From Patescibacteria group bacterium (lineage in GTDB: Bacteria > Patescibacteriota > Minisyncoccia > Phycocordibacterales > PALSA-1337): DNA of 64,000 bases. Below the pieces are notes generated by a model. The model was not told the DNA's origin, made no database searches, and saw nothing but the letters and a program-made list of their open reading frames with translations. The stretch lies in NCBI GenBank assembly GCA_018970245.1, contig JAGWWT010000001.1, positions 17,548 to 81,547 of the forward strand, given 5' to 3'. This document shows, piece by piece, positions 29,475 through 39,536 of this stretch (positions are counted from its first letter, which is position 1; each line of letters opens with the position of its first letter). The position numbers were made by a program, and so were the translations under genes.

Positions 29475-29526
29475 ATCTCCAATCTCTAATATCTAATCTC
29501 TAATATCTAATCTCTAATCTCCAATC
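29475..29526. repeat. Heptamer tandem repeat (AATCTCT/AATATCT)
   Basis: About 7 units immediately upstream of smc. Confidence 0.9.
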
Positions 29527-29549
29527 CCCCCTCATGCTAGAATTACTCC

Positions 29550-31811
29550 ATGCATCTCAAGAGCCTGGAGGTATCTGGCTTCAAATCTTTCGCCAAGAAG
29601 GCTTCGCTCGCCTTCACCACGCCCATAACCGGCATCGTCGGCCCGAATGGCTCCGGCAAGTCGAACATCGCCGAGTCGTTCCGATTCGTGCTCGGCGAAC
29701 AATCTATCAAGTCCCTGCGAGGCCGCCGCGGCGAGGACATGATCTGGAACGGCGGCGGCGACGGCGCTTCGGCTGCAGGCCGCGCCAACAGGGCTTCGGT
29801 CAAGCTCGTATTCGACAACTCGAAGCGCCTATTCCCATCGATCGATTTCGACGAGGTTTCCATCGAGCGCGTAGTCCATCGCGACAATTCCAACGAGTAT
29901 CTCTTGAACGGGTCCCAGGTCAGGCTCAAGGACATCGTGGAGATCCTTGGATCCGCGCATATCGGAGCGACGGGCTATCATATCATCTCTCAAGGCGAGG
30001 CTGACCGCATCCTTTCGGCCTCGATAAGGGAGCGGCGCGAGATGATCGAAGATGCCCTGGGGCTCAAAGTCTACCAATGGAAGAAGCTCGAGAGCATGCG
30101 CAAGCTCGAGAGGACGGAAGAGAACATGAAGCAGGTCGAGTCGCTCCGCCGGGAGATCGCCCCTCACATCAGATTCCTCAAGAAGCAGGTCGAGAAGATC
30201 GAGCGTGCCGAAGAGCTCCGTAGGGAGCTGATCCAGCTATACAAGGCGTATCTCGCCGATGAAGAAGCATACATCAGAGCCGAGCGGGAAAGCATAGCCG
30301 CCGCCTCGGCCGCGCCGCGCAAGGAGGCGGCCGATCTGGATAGGGAGCTCGAGAGCGCGAAGAAGATCCTGACCGGCTCGAAGGGCAGCGATGCTAAGAG
30401 CGGTGAAGTCGTCGGTCTGGAGAGCCGCATCAAGGCGGTCCGGGCCGAGAAGGATTCGATAACGCGCGAGCTGGGCCGGATAGAGGGCGAGATGAATGCC
30501 TGCCGCCGCGCTATCGACAAGGAGAAGGAGAAGCAGAAGAGGGACGAATTCAAGACGATCTATCTCAAGGACTTGGAGGAAGCCGTCGCTTCCGCCGAGA
30601 TATTCCAGACGGTCAAGGAGGTCATATCCTCCCTTAGAGCTTTCATCTCCAGGCACAGGCAGTCAGTCGATTCCTCGGTCATCGCCGATTCGGAGAAGGA
30701 GATAGAGGCGCTTTCCAGGGAGAAGGCCGGCCTAGAGTCGCGCCTGAAGGACCTGATAGAAGAGGAGAGCCGCCTTTCTAAAGAATATGAGAGCCTCAAG
30801 GCTTCCATCGAGAAGGATAAGGACACCAACCGCGACGCGGAGAAGGAAGTCTTCAGAGTGATCGCCAGACAGAACGAGGTCCGGAGCGCGCTCGCCGCCC
30901 TTTCCGGCCGTTCCGCTGCCCTCGATCGGATCGAGGCAGACTTCAAGAGAGAGCTAGGCGAAGCGGCTTCCATTGCCGGCCGCGAAGCCGTTGAATATGA
31001 CCGGGCGCCGGAGGCTGGCCGCGCATCGAGCGCCGAGACCAGGCAAGAGCAGGAAGAGCGCCGGCGCAAGATCGAGAAGCACAAGGTCCGCTTGGAGGAT
31101 GCCGGCGGGGCAGGGGGCGCTGAGGTCATGAAGGAGTACAAGGAGACGGAGGAGCGCGATGCATTCTTGGCCAAGGAGATCGTCGATCTGGAGAAGGCCA
31201 GAGAAGAGCTCGTCAGGCTCATAGCCGAGCTCGACGCGCGCCTCGACATGGAATTCAAGAGCGGCATCCTGAAGATAAACGCCGAATTCCAGAAGCTCTT
31301 CACGCTCATGTTCGGAGGCGGCCGGGCCGAGCTATCAGTCGTCAAGGAAGCGAGGCGCCGCAAGAAGAGCGAGATGGAGGAGCTGGACGAGGCCCTCTCC
31401 GGAGACATGCCAGGCGCGCCGTCGGATGCCGAGATGGATGCACAAGAAGACGGGCCGGAAGGCCTGGAAGTGAGCGTCAGCTTGCCGCGGAAGAAGGTCA
31501 AAGGATTGATGATGCTCTCAGGCGGGGAACGCGCTTTGACGTCGATCGCGCTCCTCTTCGCCATCTCGCAGGTCAATCCGCCGCCATTCATCATCCTCGA
31601 TGAGACGGATGCCGCCCTCGATGAGGCCAATTCCAAGAAATACGGCGATATGATCGCCGATCTTTCGAGGCGCTCGCAGCTCATACTCATAACCCATAAT
31701 CGAGAGACCATGTCCAGGGCCGGAGTCATCTACGGCGTGACCATGGGCTCTGACGGCGCTTCTAGGCTGCTCTCGATCGCCTTCGAGGAGGCGGTCGCGG
31801 TGGCGAAATGA
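29550..31811 (+). CDS. smc: Short SMC-family ATPase
   Basis: GFKSF, Walker A GPNGSGKSN, IISQG, LSGGE, ILDETDAALD, ITH; only 753 aa. Confidence 0.92.
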   Translation: MHLKSLEVSGFKSFAKKASLAFTTPITGIVGPNGSGKSNIAESFRFVLGEQSIKSLRGRRGEDMIWNGGGDGASAAGRANRASVKLVFDNSKRLFPSIDFDEVSIERVVHRDNSNEYLLNGSQVRLKDIVEILGSAHIGATGYHIISQGEADRILSASIRERREMIEDALGLKVYQWKKLESMRKLERTEENMKQVESLRREIAPHIRFLKKQVEKIERAEELRRELIQLYKAYLADEEAYIRAERESIAAASAAPRKEAADLDRELESAKKILTGSKGSDAKSGEVVGLESRIKAVRAEKDSITRELGRIEGEMNACRRAIDKEKEKQKRDEFKTIYLKDLEEAVASAEIFQTVKEVISSLRAFISRHRQSVDSSVIADSEKEIEALSREKAGLESRLKDLIEEESRLSKEYESLKASIEKDKDTNRDAEKEVFRVIARQNEVRSALAALSGRSAALDRIEADFKRELGEAASIAGREAVEYDRAPEAGRASSAETRQEQEERRRKIEKHKVRLEDAGGAGGAEVMKEYKETEERDAFLAKEIVDLEKAREELVRLIAELDARLDMEFKSGILKINAEFQKLFTLMFGGGRAELSVVKEARRRKKSEMEELDEALSGDMPGAPSDAEMDAQEDGPEGLEVSVSLPRKKVKGLMMLSGGERALTSIALLFAISQVNPPPFIILDETDAALDEANSKKYGDMIADLSRRSQLILITHNRETMSRAGVIYGVTMGSDGASRLLSIAFEEAVAVAK

Positions 31812-31898
31812 TCGCCCTAGAGCAGATCGCCCGGCATGCTTTCCAGGGCTTCTCCCGCAGCATTGCCGCCGGGCCTCTCTATGCTGTAGACTTCTTGC

Positions 31899-32627
31899 AT
31901 GGAAGACCTGACAAAGCAGCAGCTCATACTCCTCGGGCTCCTAGTATCATTCGTGACGTCGCTCGCCACAGGCATAGTCACTGTCTCTCTCATGAACCAG
32001 TATCCGGAGAGCACCAGGACCGTATCCCAAGTCATAGAAAAGACGATCCAGCAGATAGCCGCGCCGCAAGATGCGGCTGTCGTCGAATCGCAGGACACGC
32101 CATCATCGGCGCTCGCGGCATTCTCGCCTAGCTTGGTCAGATTCGTGCAGGCCGACGCCACTACCACCGTGAACGGCATCGGCGTCGTGCTCACAGACAC
32201 GGGAGTGGTCCTCACCGACAAAGCCTCTATCGGCGGCGCGCCAGGCATCTTAGCGAAGATGGAAGACGGCGAGCTCATCCCATATAGCGTCATCCGATCG
32301 CAGGACAATGGAGACATAGTCTTTCTGGCGCCATCTGCAACGGCCCAGCATGCCTATTCTCCGGCGTCTTTGGCGCCTGGTCCGTCCCTAGGAGAGCCGG
32401 TCCTGTCGCTTTCGGGCACATCGACGATGAGCCTAAGCGAAGGATATATCGCCAGCTCGGACCTTTCTATGGTGAGGACTTCCATAGCCGTAGATGAGGT
32501 CATCCCCGGAAGCCCGCTCTTCGACATGAAGGGCCGGCTCATCGGAGTGCGGCTTTCTTCCGTCGAGAACGCGCACGGAGCCGCTTTCTATCCGATCTCG
32601 AACTTGCAGTCAGTCATACCTAAATGA
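31899..32627 (+). CDS. Membrane-anchored trypsin-like (S1C) protein, probably catalytically degenerate
   Basis: G.GVV...G.VLT and GSPLFD.KG.LIG motifs; catalytic His/Ser motifs not canonical. Confidence 0.6.
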   Translation: MEDLTKQQLILLGLLVSFVTSLATGIVTVSLMNQYPESTRTVSQVIEKTIQQIAAPQDAAVVESQDTPSSALAAFSPSLVRFVQADATTTVNGIGVVLTDTGVVLTDKASIGGAPGILAKMEDGELIPYSVIRSQDNGDIVFLAPSATAQHAYSPASLAPGPSLGEPVLSLSGTSTMSLSEGYIASSDLSMVRTSIAVDEVIPGSPLFDMKGRLIGVRLSSVENAHGAAFYPISNLQSVIPK

Positions 32628-32639
32628 TATGGTACGCCC

Positions 32640-33704
32640 ATGTGGAAGGACCAAAAGGAAAGGATCTTCAATCGATTCTCGAATGATATCGGCATCGACC
32701 TTGGGACGGCCAATACTCTCGTATATGTGCGCGGCAAGGGCATAGTGGTCACAGAGCCGTCCGTCGTGGCGGTGAATGAAAAGACAGGCCAGGTGGTCGC
32801 CGTAGGAGCAGCAGCCAAGGAGATGCTCGGTCGCACCCCGACTCACATAACAGCTGTCAGGCCTCTGGTCGACGGAGTCATCTCCGATTTCGAGGTCACG
32901 GAGGAGATGCTCTCATATCTCATGAAGCGCGCCGGAGAATTCATGCCCAAGCGCCTCATGGGCCCACGAGTGGTGGTCGGCGTTCCATCCGGCGTGACTA
33001 ACGTCGAGGTGAGGGCCGTCAGAGACGCGACCAGGAATGCCGGCGCTCGCGAAGTCTACATAGTCGAGCAGCCCATGGCCGGAGCAATCGGCATCAGGCT
33101 TCCGATCCATGATCCCGTAGGCAGTATGATCATAGACATCGGAGGGGGCACTTCGGACATCGCCATCATCTCTCTCGGCGGCATCGTCAGGTCCAAGAGC
33201 CTTAAGATCGCAGGCGACAGATTCAACCAAGACATCATCTCCTACATAAGGAACGAGTTCAAGATACTCATAGGCGAGACGACGGCGGAGCAGGTCAAGA
33301 TCGCCGTCGGCTCGGTCATACCCGACCAGCCTATGGAGACGACGATCCGAGGCCGAGACCTCATCACCGGCCTGCCTCGCGAGGTGGTCATTACCGATTC
33401 CGACATACGCGAAGCCATGGGCCAATCTGTCGAGGCGCTTGTCGCGTCGGCCAGGGAGGTCCTGGAAACGACGCCGCCCGAGATCCTGGCTGATGTGATG
33501 CGCCGTGGCGTGCACCTCGTCGGAGGAGGGGCTCTAATTAAGGGCCTGAATGACCTCCTGGCGGAGAGCTTGCAGCTCCCGGTCACGGTAGCCGAGGAGC
33601 CGCTGACTGCCATAGCCAGGGGAGCGGGGATAATCCTGGAAGACTTGGACAGGTTCAAGAACGTCCTTTTGCAAAGCGAAGATGACCTACCTAGAAGCTC
33701 GTAA
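32640..33704 (+). CDS. mreB: Rod shape-determining protein MreB
   Basis: DIGIDLGTANT, EPSVVA, RPL.DGVI, DIGGGT, GGGAL. Confidence 0.98.
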   Translation: MWKDQKERIFNRFSNDIGIDLGTANTLVYVRGKGIVVTEPSVVAVNEKTGQVVAVGAAAKEMLGRTPTHITAVRPLVDGVISDFEVTEEMLSYLMKRAGEFMPKRLMGPRVVVGVPSGVTNVEVRAVRDATRNAGAREVYIVEQPMAGAIGIRLPIHDPVGSMIIDIGGGTSDIAIISLGGIVRSKSLKIAGDRFNQDIISYIRNEFKILIGETTAEQVKIAVGSVIPDQPMETTIRGRDLITGLPREVVITDSDIREAMGQSVEALVASAREVLETTPPEILADVMRRGVHLVGGGALIKGLNDLLAESLQLPVTVAEEPLTAIARGAGIILEDLDRFKNVLLQSEDDLPRSS

Positions 33705-34467
33705 ACGCCGTTCGTCAGGCAAGCGCATCGCTTTCTATGCGTGCGCGGCCATCGTCGCGATCGTCGCTGCCGTGCAGCTCTTGCGCCCGATGCTCTTTCC
33801 GTCTCTCTTCACCACGATCGCCAGGCCGTTCTGGCGCGTCCAGCTGGCGATCCAGCTCGGGTCCATGCGATCCCCAGAAGCTCTCATGCAGGAGAACGCC
33901 TACCTGACTCAGCAGCTGGACGCCGCCAATGTCCGTCTCCAATCCGTGCAGTCGCTGGAGAGCCAGAATGAGGAGCTGAAGGCCCTCTTAGGACGCGCTT
34001 CGAGCACGCCGTACACGCTGGCCGCCGTCCTCGAACATCCAGCGGTCTCGGCCTATGACGAGCTCATCATAGACATCGGTTCCGACTATGGGCTGCAGGA
34101 CGGCGATCCAGTCTACGCGAGCGGCGACGCTCTTATCGGCAAGGTCTCCGAGGTGCTCGGCGACACCGCAAAGGTCCTCTTGTATTCATCTCCCGGGCAG
34201 TCATACGAAGTGATGATCGGCAAAGCCCATTCTTCGGCTGAGGCCATAGGGCGGGGAGGCGGCCAATATGAGGCCCAGCTGCCGCGCGACGTATCAGTTT
34301 CTGCGGGCGACCCAGTGAACGCGCCTGGCTTGAGCGCGGCGCCATTCGGCATCGTCTCGGCGGTCGTGTCCGATCCGGCCCAGCCGTTCGAGAAGGTCCT
34401 CTTCGCGCCGCCCGTGAACATCTATCAGCTCAGATGGGTCCTGGTGGACACGCACCAGCAGATCTGA
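33682..34467 (+). CDS. mreC: Rod shape-determining protein MreC
   Basis: TM, coiled coil, IIDIG..G, LIGKV; follows mreB. Confidence 0.88.
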   Translation: MTYLEARKRRSSGKRIAFYACAAIVAIVAAVQLLRPMLFPSLFTTIARPFWRVQLAIQLGSMRSPEALMQENAYLTQQLDAANVRLQSVQSLESQNEELKALLGRASSTPYTLAAVLEHPAVSAYDELIIDIGSDYGLQDGDPVYASGDALIGKVSEVLGDTAKVLLYSSPGQSYEVMIGKAHSSAEAIGRGGGQYEAQLPRDVSVSAGDPVNAPGLSAAPFGIVSAVVSDPAQPFEKVLFAPPVNIYQLRWVLVDTHQQI

Positions 34468-34487
34468 TCCATCCCGGATCCTCATCC

Positions 34488-34769
34488 ATGACCAAAGGCA
34501 AAGCACTACTGCGCATCGCTGTCGATATCGCCCTATTCGGGAGCATCATCGAAGGATGGTGGTTCTCCGCTCTCGCTATCGGATTGATAGGCGCCTGGCT
34601 GCTCCCGTATTTTGCCGAGGCTTTGATAGCGGGATTCTTCTATGACGGTCTTTTCGGGATGGCTGCAGGCATGGGTCTCAAGGGCTATGGCGGGACCATC
34701 GCGGCGACCGCCATTCTGGCCATCGCAAGCGGCATCAAGCGGGTGGTCGTGCATAGGCCTCGCCTCTGA
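34488..34769 (+). CDS. Small membrane protein in the mreD position
   Basis: Hydrophobic, G...D...G motif, lies between mreC and mrdA. Confidence 0.6.
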   Translation: MTKGKALLRIAVDIALFGSIIEGWWFSALAIGLIGAWLLPYFAEALIAGFFYDGLFGMAAGMGLKGYGGTIAATAILAIASGIKRVVVHRPRL

Positions 34770-34782
34770 TACAATGCGTCCA

Positions 34783-36546
34783 ATGCAGACCCTGTGGAAG
34801 AGCTTCATTAAAAGGACCAGGCTCGGCGGCCGGCGCAACCGCCGCAGCCGGGAGATAGATCCTGACGAGGTCCTTATAGACTCCAGCAACCTCCCGAGAT
34901 ATGACACCTCGCGATTCGAGGGCCGGCTCGAGAAATCCATCAAGCGCCGTTCGCTCTATTCCGTGGGCGCCGCCTTCGCTGTGATAGCCGTGGCCGTCTT
35001 CGTCCAGGCAGCCAGCATGGAGCTAGTCCATGGGAGCGACTACAGGACGATGAGCGAAGACAACCTCCTGCGCCCGGAGCCGATATTCGCCGGAAGAGGC
35101 GTGATATTCGACCGGAACGGCGTCCTTCTAGCCTGGAATGCGCCTCCTCCGGCTTCCTGCGCGAGCGACGCCACCTCCTCTCAATGCTCGGACGAATTCG
35201 TGCCCCAGCGCGAGTATGCGACGACCACCGGGTTGGCCCACATCCTCGGATACGTCCAATATCCTTCCAAGGACAGCAACGGCTTCTACTACCAGGAAGA
35301 CTTCCAGGGCATGGCCGGAGCCGAAAAATATTTCGATAGCGAGCTGAAGGGGCAAGCTGGATCGCGCCTCATCGAAGTCGATGCCCACGGCAAGATCGTC
35401 TCCGAGAACACGATCCAGCCTCCTGTCCAGGGAAAGAATATCACCCTGTCCATCGACAGCCGGGTCGAGTCCGATCTATACAATAGCCTGGAAGACGTCG
35501 CCAAAAAGGTCGGATACACTGGAGGCGCCGGCGTCATTATGGACGTCCATACGGGGGAGCTCATAGCGCTCACCAGCTATCCTGAGTACAGCTCGCAGAT
35601 CATGTCCGACAAGACGGACGTAGCGGCCGTCCAGGCCATGCTCAATGATCCAGGCCTGCCATTCCTGAACAGGGCGATCGACGGCCTTTATACCCCCGGC
35701 TCCATCGTCAAGCCGTACGAAGCAATAGGCGCCCTGGACGCGCACATCATCGACCCGGATAAGATAATCCACACCAAGGGCTATATCTCAATCCCGAGCC
35801 CTTATGACCCGACGAAGGTGTACCTTTTCAAGGACTGGAAGAACCTGGGCGACCTAGATATGCGGCATGCCATCGCCATGTCGTCTGACGCATATTTCTA
35901 CACAGTGGGAGGCGGCTATGGCGATCAAAAAGGCTTAGGCATCGATAACATCGACAAGTACGAGGGCATGTTCGGCCTTGGCACGACGACTATGGACGGC
36001 GTGCCGTCATTCTTGTATCCGAAGGCAGGCATCATCCCAACGCCCGCATGGAAGAAGGCCACTTTCAATCAGGATTGGTATCTGGGAGACACATACCACT
36101 CGGCCATCGGCCAATACGGCTGGCTGGTCACGCCGATGCAGATCGTGCGCGCCGTTGGAGCGATGGCGAACTATGGCACTGTCCTCACGCCGACCATCCT
36201 CAAGGGCCAGCAGCCGCATGTCGAATCAGTGGTTAACATACCGAGAGCGGATTTCGACGTCGTCCATCAGGGCATGCGCCTCGGCGTGCAGATAGGGACG
36301 AGCATCGCCTTGAATGTCCCGTTCGCTGAATTCGCCGGCAAGTCGGGCACCGCCGAGCTAGGCGTGACGAAGGACAATGTCAATTCGTGGATCACCGGTT
36401 TTTGGCCATACCAGGACCCCAAATATGCCTTTGCGGTCACGATGGAGCACGGTTCGGTCCACGAGCTCATAGGAGCGGCGGCCGCTATGCGCGAGACGAT
36501 ATACGCGATGGACGCGAATGCGCCGGAGTATTTCAGCCAGAATTGA
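34783..36546 (+). CDS. mrdA: Penicillin-binding protein 2
   Basis: RG.I.DRNG, PGSIVK (SxxK), SSD.YFY, GKSGTAE. Confidence 0.92.
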   Translation: MQTLWKSFIKRTRLGGRRNRRSREIDPDEVLIDSSNLPRYDTSRFEGRLEKSIKRRSLYSVGAAFAVIAVAVFVQAASMELVHGSDYRTMSEDNLLRPEPIFAGRGVIFDRNGVLLAWNAPPPASCASDATSSQCSDEFVPQREYATTTGLAHILGYVQYPSKDSNGFYYQEDFQGMAGAEKYFDSELKGQAGSRLIEVDAHGKIVSENTIQPPVQGKNITLSIDSRVESDLYNSLEDVAKKVGYTGGAGVIMDVHTGELIALTSYPEYSSQIMSDKTDVAAVQAMLNDPGLPFLNRAIDGLYTPGSIVKPYEAIGALDAHIIDPDKIIHTKGYISIPSPYDPTKVYLFKDWKNLGDLDMRHAIAMSSDAYFYTVGGGYGDQKGLGIDNIDKYEGMFGLGTTTMDGVPSFLYPKAGIIPTPAWKKATFNQDWYLGDTYHSAIGQYGWLVTPMQIVRAVGAMANYGTVLTPTILKGQQPHVESVVNIPRADFDVVHQGMRLGVQIGTSIALNVPFAEFAGKSGTAELGVTKDNVNSWITGFWPYQDPKYAFAVTMEHGSVHELIGAAAAMRETIYAMDANAPEYFSQN

Positions 36547-36650
36547 TCGATAAAGCCGCTGCGCGGGCAGGCCGCTATGGCTAAAAATCCCGCTATCTGG
36601 TATATTATCTTCGCAAATCGCCTTAGAAGCCTAAGCGTATTTTTATTTTC

Positions 36651-37118
36651 ATGACCACAGATGCCCAATATTTGACTAACGAGAAATTCGCCGAGCTGCA
36701 GAAAGAGCTGGATCATCTGCGGATAGAGCGCCGCAAAGAAGTGGCTGAGCACCTCGAGTATGCGAAGAAGCTCGGCGATCTTTCGGAGAATGCCGAATAC
36801 CATCAGGCCAGAGAAGAGCAGGCCGAAGTCGAAGACCGCATAAGCAGGCTGGAGCAGCTCCTCAAGAACGCCATCATAACGGGCGAGGGCAGCAAGGACG
36901 TCATCACGATCGGTTCGACCTTCAGGCTCCAGAAAGATGGAGACAACAAGTCCTACCTATATACGATCGTCGGCTCTGAAGAAGCGGATATGTCGCAGGG
37001 AAAGATCTCGAACCTCTCGCCGCTCGGTTCGGCGGTCCTCGGCCACAAGGAAGGCGACAAGGTCACCATACAGACCCCGAAAGGCAAGGTCACTTACTCG
37101 GTCGTCGTGATACAATAG
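36651..37118 (+). CDS. greA: Transcription elongation factor GreA
   Basis: GDLSENAEY, IS..SPLG. Confidence 0.97.
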   Translation: MTTDAQYLTNEKFAELQKELDHLRIERRKEVAEHLEYAKKLGDLSENAEYHQAREEQAEVEDRISRLEQLLKNAIITGEGSKDVITIGSTFRLQKDGDNKSYLYTIVGSEEADMSQGKISNLSPLGSAVLGHKEGDKVTIQTPKGKVTYSVVVIQ

Positions 37119-37133
37119 AGGCTATCAACCTCA

Positions 37134-38591
37134 ATGGCCTCGCTTGAAGAATTAAGGGCAACGCGCCAAAAGAAGCTGGATATCCTTAATAAAGCCGGCA
37201 TGGAGGCTTATCCCGTGTCCGTGCCAAAGGATCTGTCCCTGAAGGACGCGCGAGATAGGTTCAAAGAGCTGGAAGCCGGCAAAAAGGAGCTGTCTCTGGC
37301 AGGGAGGATCATGGCCATCCGCGGCCAAGGCGCCATCCAATTCTTCGTTCTTGACGATGGGACCGGCGCATTCCAGGCAGTCGTAAAGAAGGACGCGCTC
37401 AAGCCCGAGCTATTCGATCTGATCTCGGCCGCTGTCGACATCGGCGATATAATCAGCGTCACCGGCTCTCTTTTCGTCACCCAGCGCGGGGAACAGAGCC
37501 TCGAGGTCCATTCCTGGAAGATGGCATCCAAGTCGCTCGCGCCTCTTCCCGAGAAGTGGCACGGCCTTGCCGATCCAGACGAGAAGTTCCGGAAGCGCTA
37601 CCTGGATTTCATAATGGACCCTGAGACGCGAGAGGTGTTCTTCAAGAAAGCGAGATTCTGGCGTGCAGCCAGGGCGTTCATGGAAAAAGCGGGCTTTCTC
37701 GAAGTGGAGACGCCGACGCTCGAGACGACCACCGGGGGAGCGGAAGCCAATCCTTTCAGGACGCATCACGACGACTTCGACCTGGATGTATTCTTGCGCA
37801 TATCGGTCGGCGAGCTTTGGCAGAAGAGGCTTCTGGCTGCAGGATTCCCGAGGACATACGAGATCGGGCGGATCTACAGGAATGAAGGCACCAGCCCGGA
37901 GCATGCCCAGGAATTCACGAACATGGAATTCTACGCTTCGTATATGTCCTTCGACGAGGGGATCGCTTTCACTGAGAAGCTCATAAGGGAGATGTCCAAG
38001 GAAGCCTTCGGCACCTCGGCGTTCGAGATCAAAGGCAACAAGATCGATTTGGCCGGCGAATGGAAGCGGATCGACTATGTCGAGACGGTCGAGAAGATGA
38101 CCGGCATCGACGTCCTCAAGGCTTCAGAGAAGGAAATGGAGGCTAAGCTCAAAGAGCTGAAGGTCGAGTTCGAAGGCCAGAATCGCGAGAGGCTGGTGGA
38201 TACGCTCTGGAAATTTTGCCGCAAGCAGATCGTCGGGCCGGCGTGGCTCGTAGGCCATCCTAAGCTCGTGTCGCCCCTTTCCAAGGCCGACCCGAAGGAC
38301 CCCGATAAGACTCTGCGCGTTCAGCTCATACTCGGCGGCTCCGAGATGACCAACGGCTTCGCAGAGCTCAATGATCCGATCGATCAGCGCTCCAGATTCG
38401 AGGAGCAGAAGAAGCTCATCGCCTCGGGTGACAAGGAAGCGATGATGCCCGATCTAGAATTCGTGGAGATGCTCGAGCATGCCATGCCGCCAGCTTTCGG
38501 GTTCGGCGTTGGCGACAGGCTTTTTTCTACGTTGGCCGGCAAGCCGCTTCGCGAGACGCAGATGTTCCCGCTGATGAGGCCTAAGATGTAG
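37134..38591 (+). CDS. lysS: Lysine--tRNA ligase (class II)
   Basis: PLPEKWHGL, RYLD, GGAEA.PF.T, YRNEG..H..EF, FP.MRP. Confidence 0.97.
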   Translation: MASLEELRATRQKKLDILNKAGMEAYPVSVPKDLSLKDARDRFKELEAGKKELSLAGRIMAIRGQGAIQFFVLDDGTGAFQAVVKKDALKPELFDLISAAVDIGDIISVTGSLFVTQRGEQSLEVHSWKMASKSLAPLPEKWHGLADPDEKFRKRYLDFIMDPETREVFFKKARFWRAARAFMEKAGFLEVETPTLETTTGGAEANPFRTHHDDFDLDVFLRISVGELWQKRLLAAGFPRTYEIGRIYRNEGTSPEHAQEFTNMEFYASYMSFDEGIAFTEKLIREMSKEAFGTSAFEIKGNKIDLAGEWKRIDYVETVEKMTGIDVLKASEKEMEAKLKELKVEFEGQNRERLVDTLWKFCRKQIVGPAWLVGHPKLVSPLSKADPKDPDKTLRVQLILGGSEMTNGFAELNDPIDQRSRFEEQKKLIASGDKEAMMPDLEFVEMLEHAMPPAFGFGVGDRLFSTLAGKPLRETQMFPLMRPKM

Positions 38592-38654
38592 TCAGAGATG
38601 GCAGGTTGACAGGCGCCGCGAGGCTTAGCGGATCACACGGTCCCTCGGCTCGGA

Positions 38655-38757
38655 TTTTTTATTCACAGAAACCCATTTGCATGACATTATTAACGGCCTA
38701 GTTGAGCTGCGCTGCAGAAAAATTACAACACACGAGCGACCAGATCGACGTTTCAAT
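38655..38757 (+). repeat. 103-bp dispersed element, copy 3
   Basis: About 86% identical to copy 2 by manual count, ungapped. Confidence 0.9.
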
Positions 38758-38872
38758 AAGATCGATTCAAAGGACTCTCGATGTTTGATGGGACTCTCGA
38801 TTACTTAACATATTTTTGGTGGTGTGACCCATTATGTTGCGAGTCCATATCTTATGACCCGCCTTTTAAGAG

Positions 38873-38960
38873 CTATCCACAGCTTATCCACCGCTAAATA
38901 GCTTGTGTATTACCGGTGGAGTGGTTTAAAATACCCATCAAGTGGGAAGAAGTGGTAAAG
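38873..38960 (+). promoter_or_regulatory. dcw promoter region: two DnaA-like boxes, -10 TAAAAT, GTGG MraZ-type repeats
   Basis: CTATCCACA at 38873, TTATCCACC at 38884, GTGGGAAGAAGTGG (10-nt spacing) upstream of mraZ. Confidence 0.6.
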
Positions 38961-39032
38961 CGTCGGTCTCCGAAAATTTTTTACAAAATTTCGCGCGCTA
39001 CGCCTGACCATCCTTCCCGCCGGCATATTTCT

Positions 39033-39473
39033 ATGCTCATCGGAGAACACCGCCATACTATCGATGACAAGAATCGCCTGTCGCTTCCCGCCAAGTTCCG
39101 AAAGGAAATGGGACGCGCAGTTGTGATCACGCCGGGACTCGACTCCTGTCTCTTCGTCTTTTCGGCGAAGGAATGGGAGAAGATCTCCGGACGCTTGTCA
39201 GCGGGAGATTCTTCGATACTGCAGGCGGACAACCGCGGCTTCAACCGCTTCCTCCTCGGAGGGGCCGTTGAAGCTCCGGTTGATGCAGTCGGCCGCATGC
39301 TTCTACCGGAACATCTGCGCGAGCACGCCAGGCTCAAGACGAATGTCGTCTTCCTAGGCGTCGTGGACCGCGCCGAGATCTGGGACGAAGAGACTTGGAG
39401 CGCCTATCGGAAGGGTGTGACGGACAACGCCAACGCCCTCGCCGAGAAGCTAGGCCAGGCGGGCGTGAAGTGA
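39033..39473 (+). CDS. mraZ: Transcriptional regulator MraZ
   Basis: IDDKNRL.LP.KFR, D..GR.LLP, EIWD. Confidence 0.97.
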   Translation: MLIGEHRHTIDDKNRLSLPAKFRKEMGRAVVITPGLDSCLFVFSAKEWEKISGRLSAGDSSILQADNRGFNRFLLGGAVEAPVDAVGRMLLPEHLREHARLKTNVVFLGVVDRAEIWDEETWSAYRKGVTDNANALAEKLGQAGVK

Positions 39474-39536
39474 GGAGTATGGAGAAAGGAGAAAGGAGTA
39501 AGGAGAAAGGAGTAAGGAGCGACGAGAAAGGAGATT
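39474..39536 (+). repeat. Heptamer repeat (GGAGAAA/GGAGTAA) forming the RsmH N-terminus
   Basis: About 9 units, translated as MEKGERSKEKGVRSDEKGD. Confidence 0.85.

Noticed and set aside
10604-38757. CRISPR array or integron attC interpretation of the repeats
   Set aside because: No regularly spaced repeat-spacer units, no cas or integrase genes, and the 103-bp copies lack attC-type terminal complementarity.
38873-38892. Replication origin at the paired DnaA boxes upstream of mraZ
   Set aside because: Only two imperfect boxes, with no adjacent dnaA/dnaN and no clear box cluster; better explained as promoter-associated boxes.
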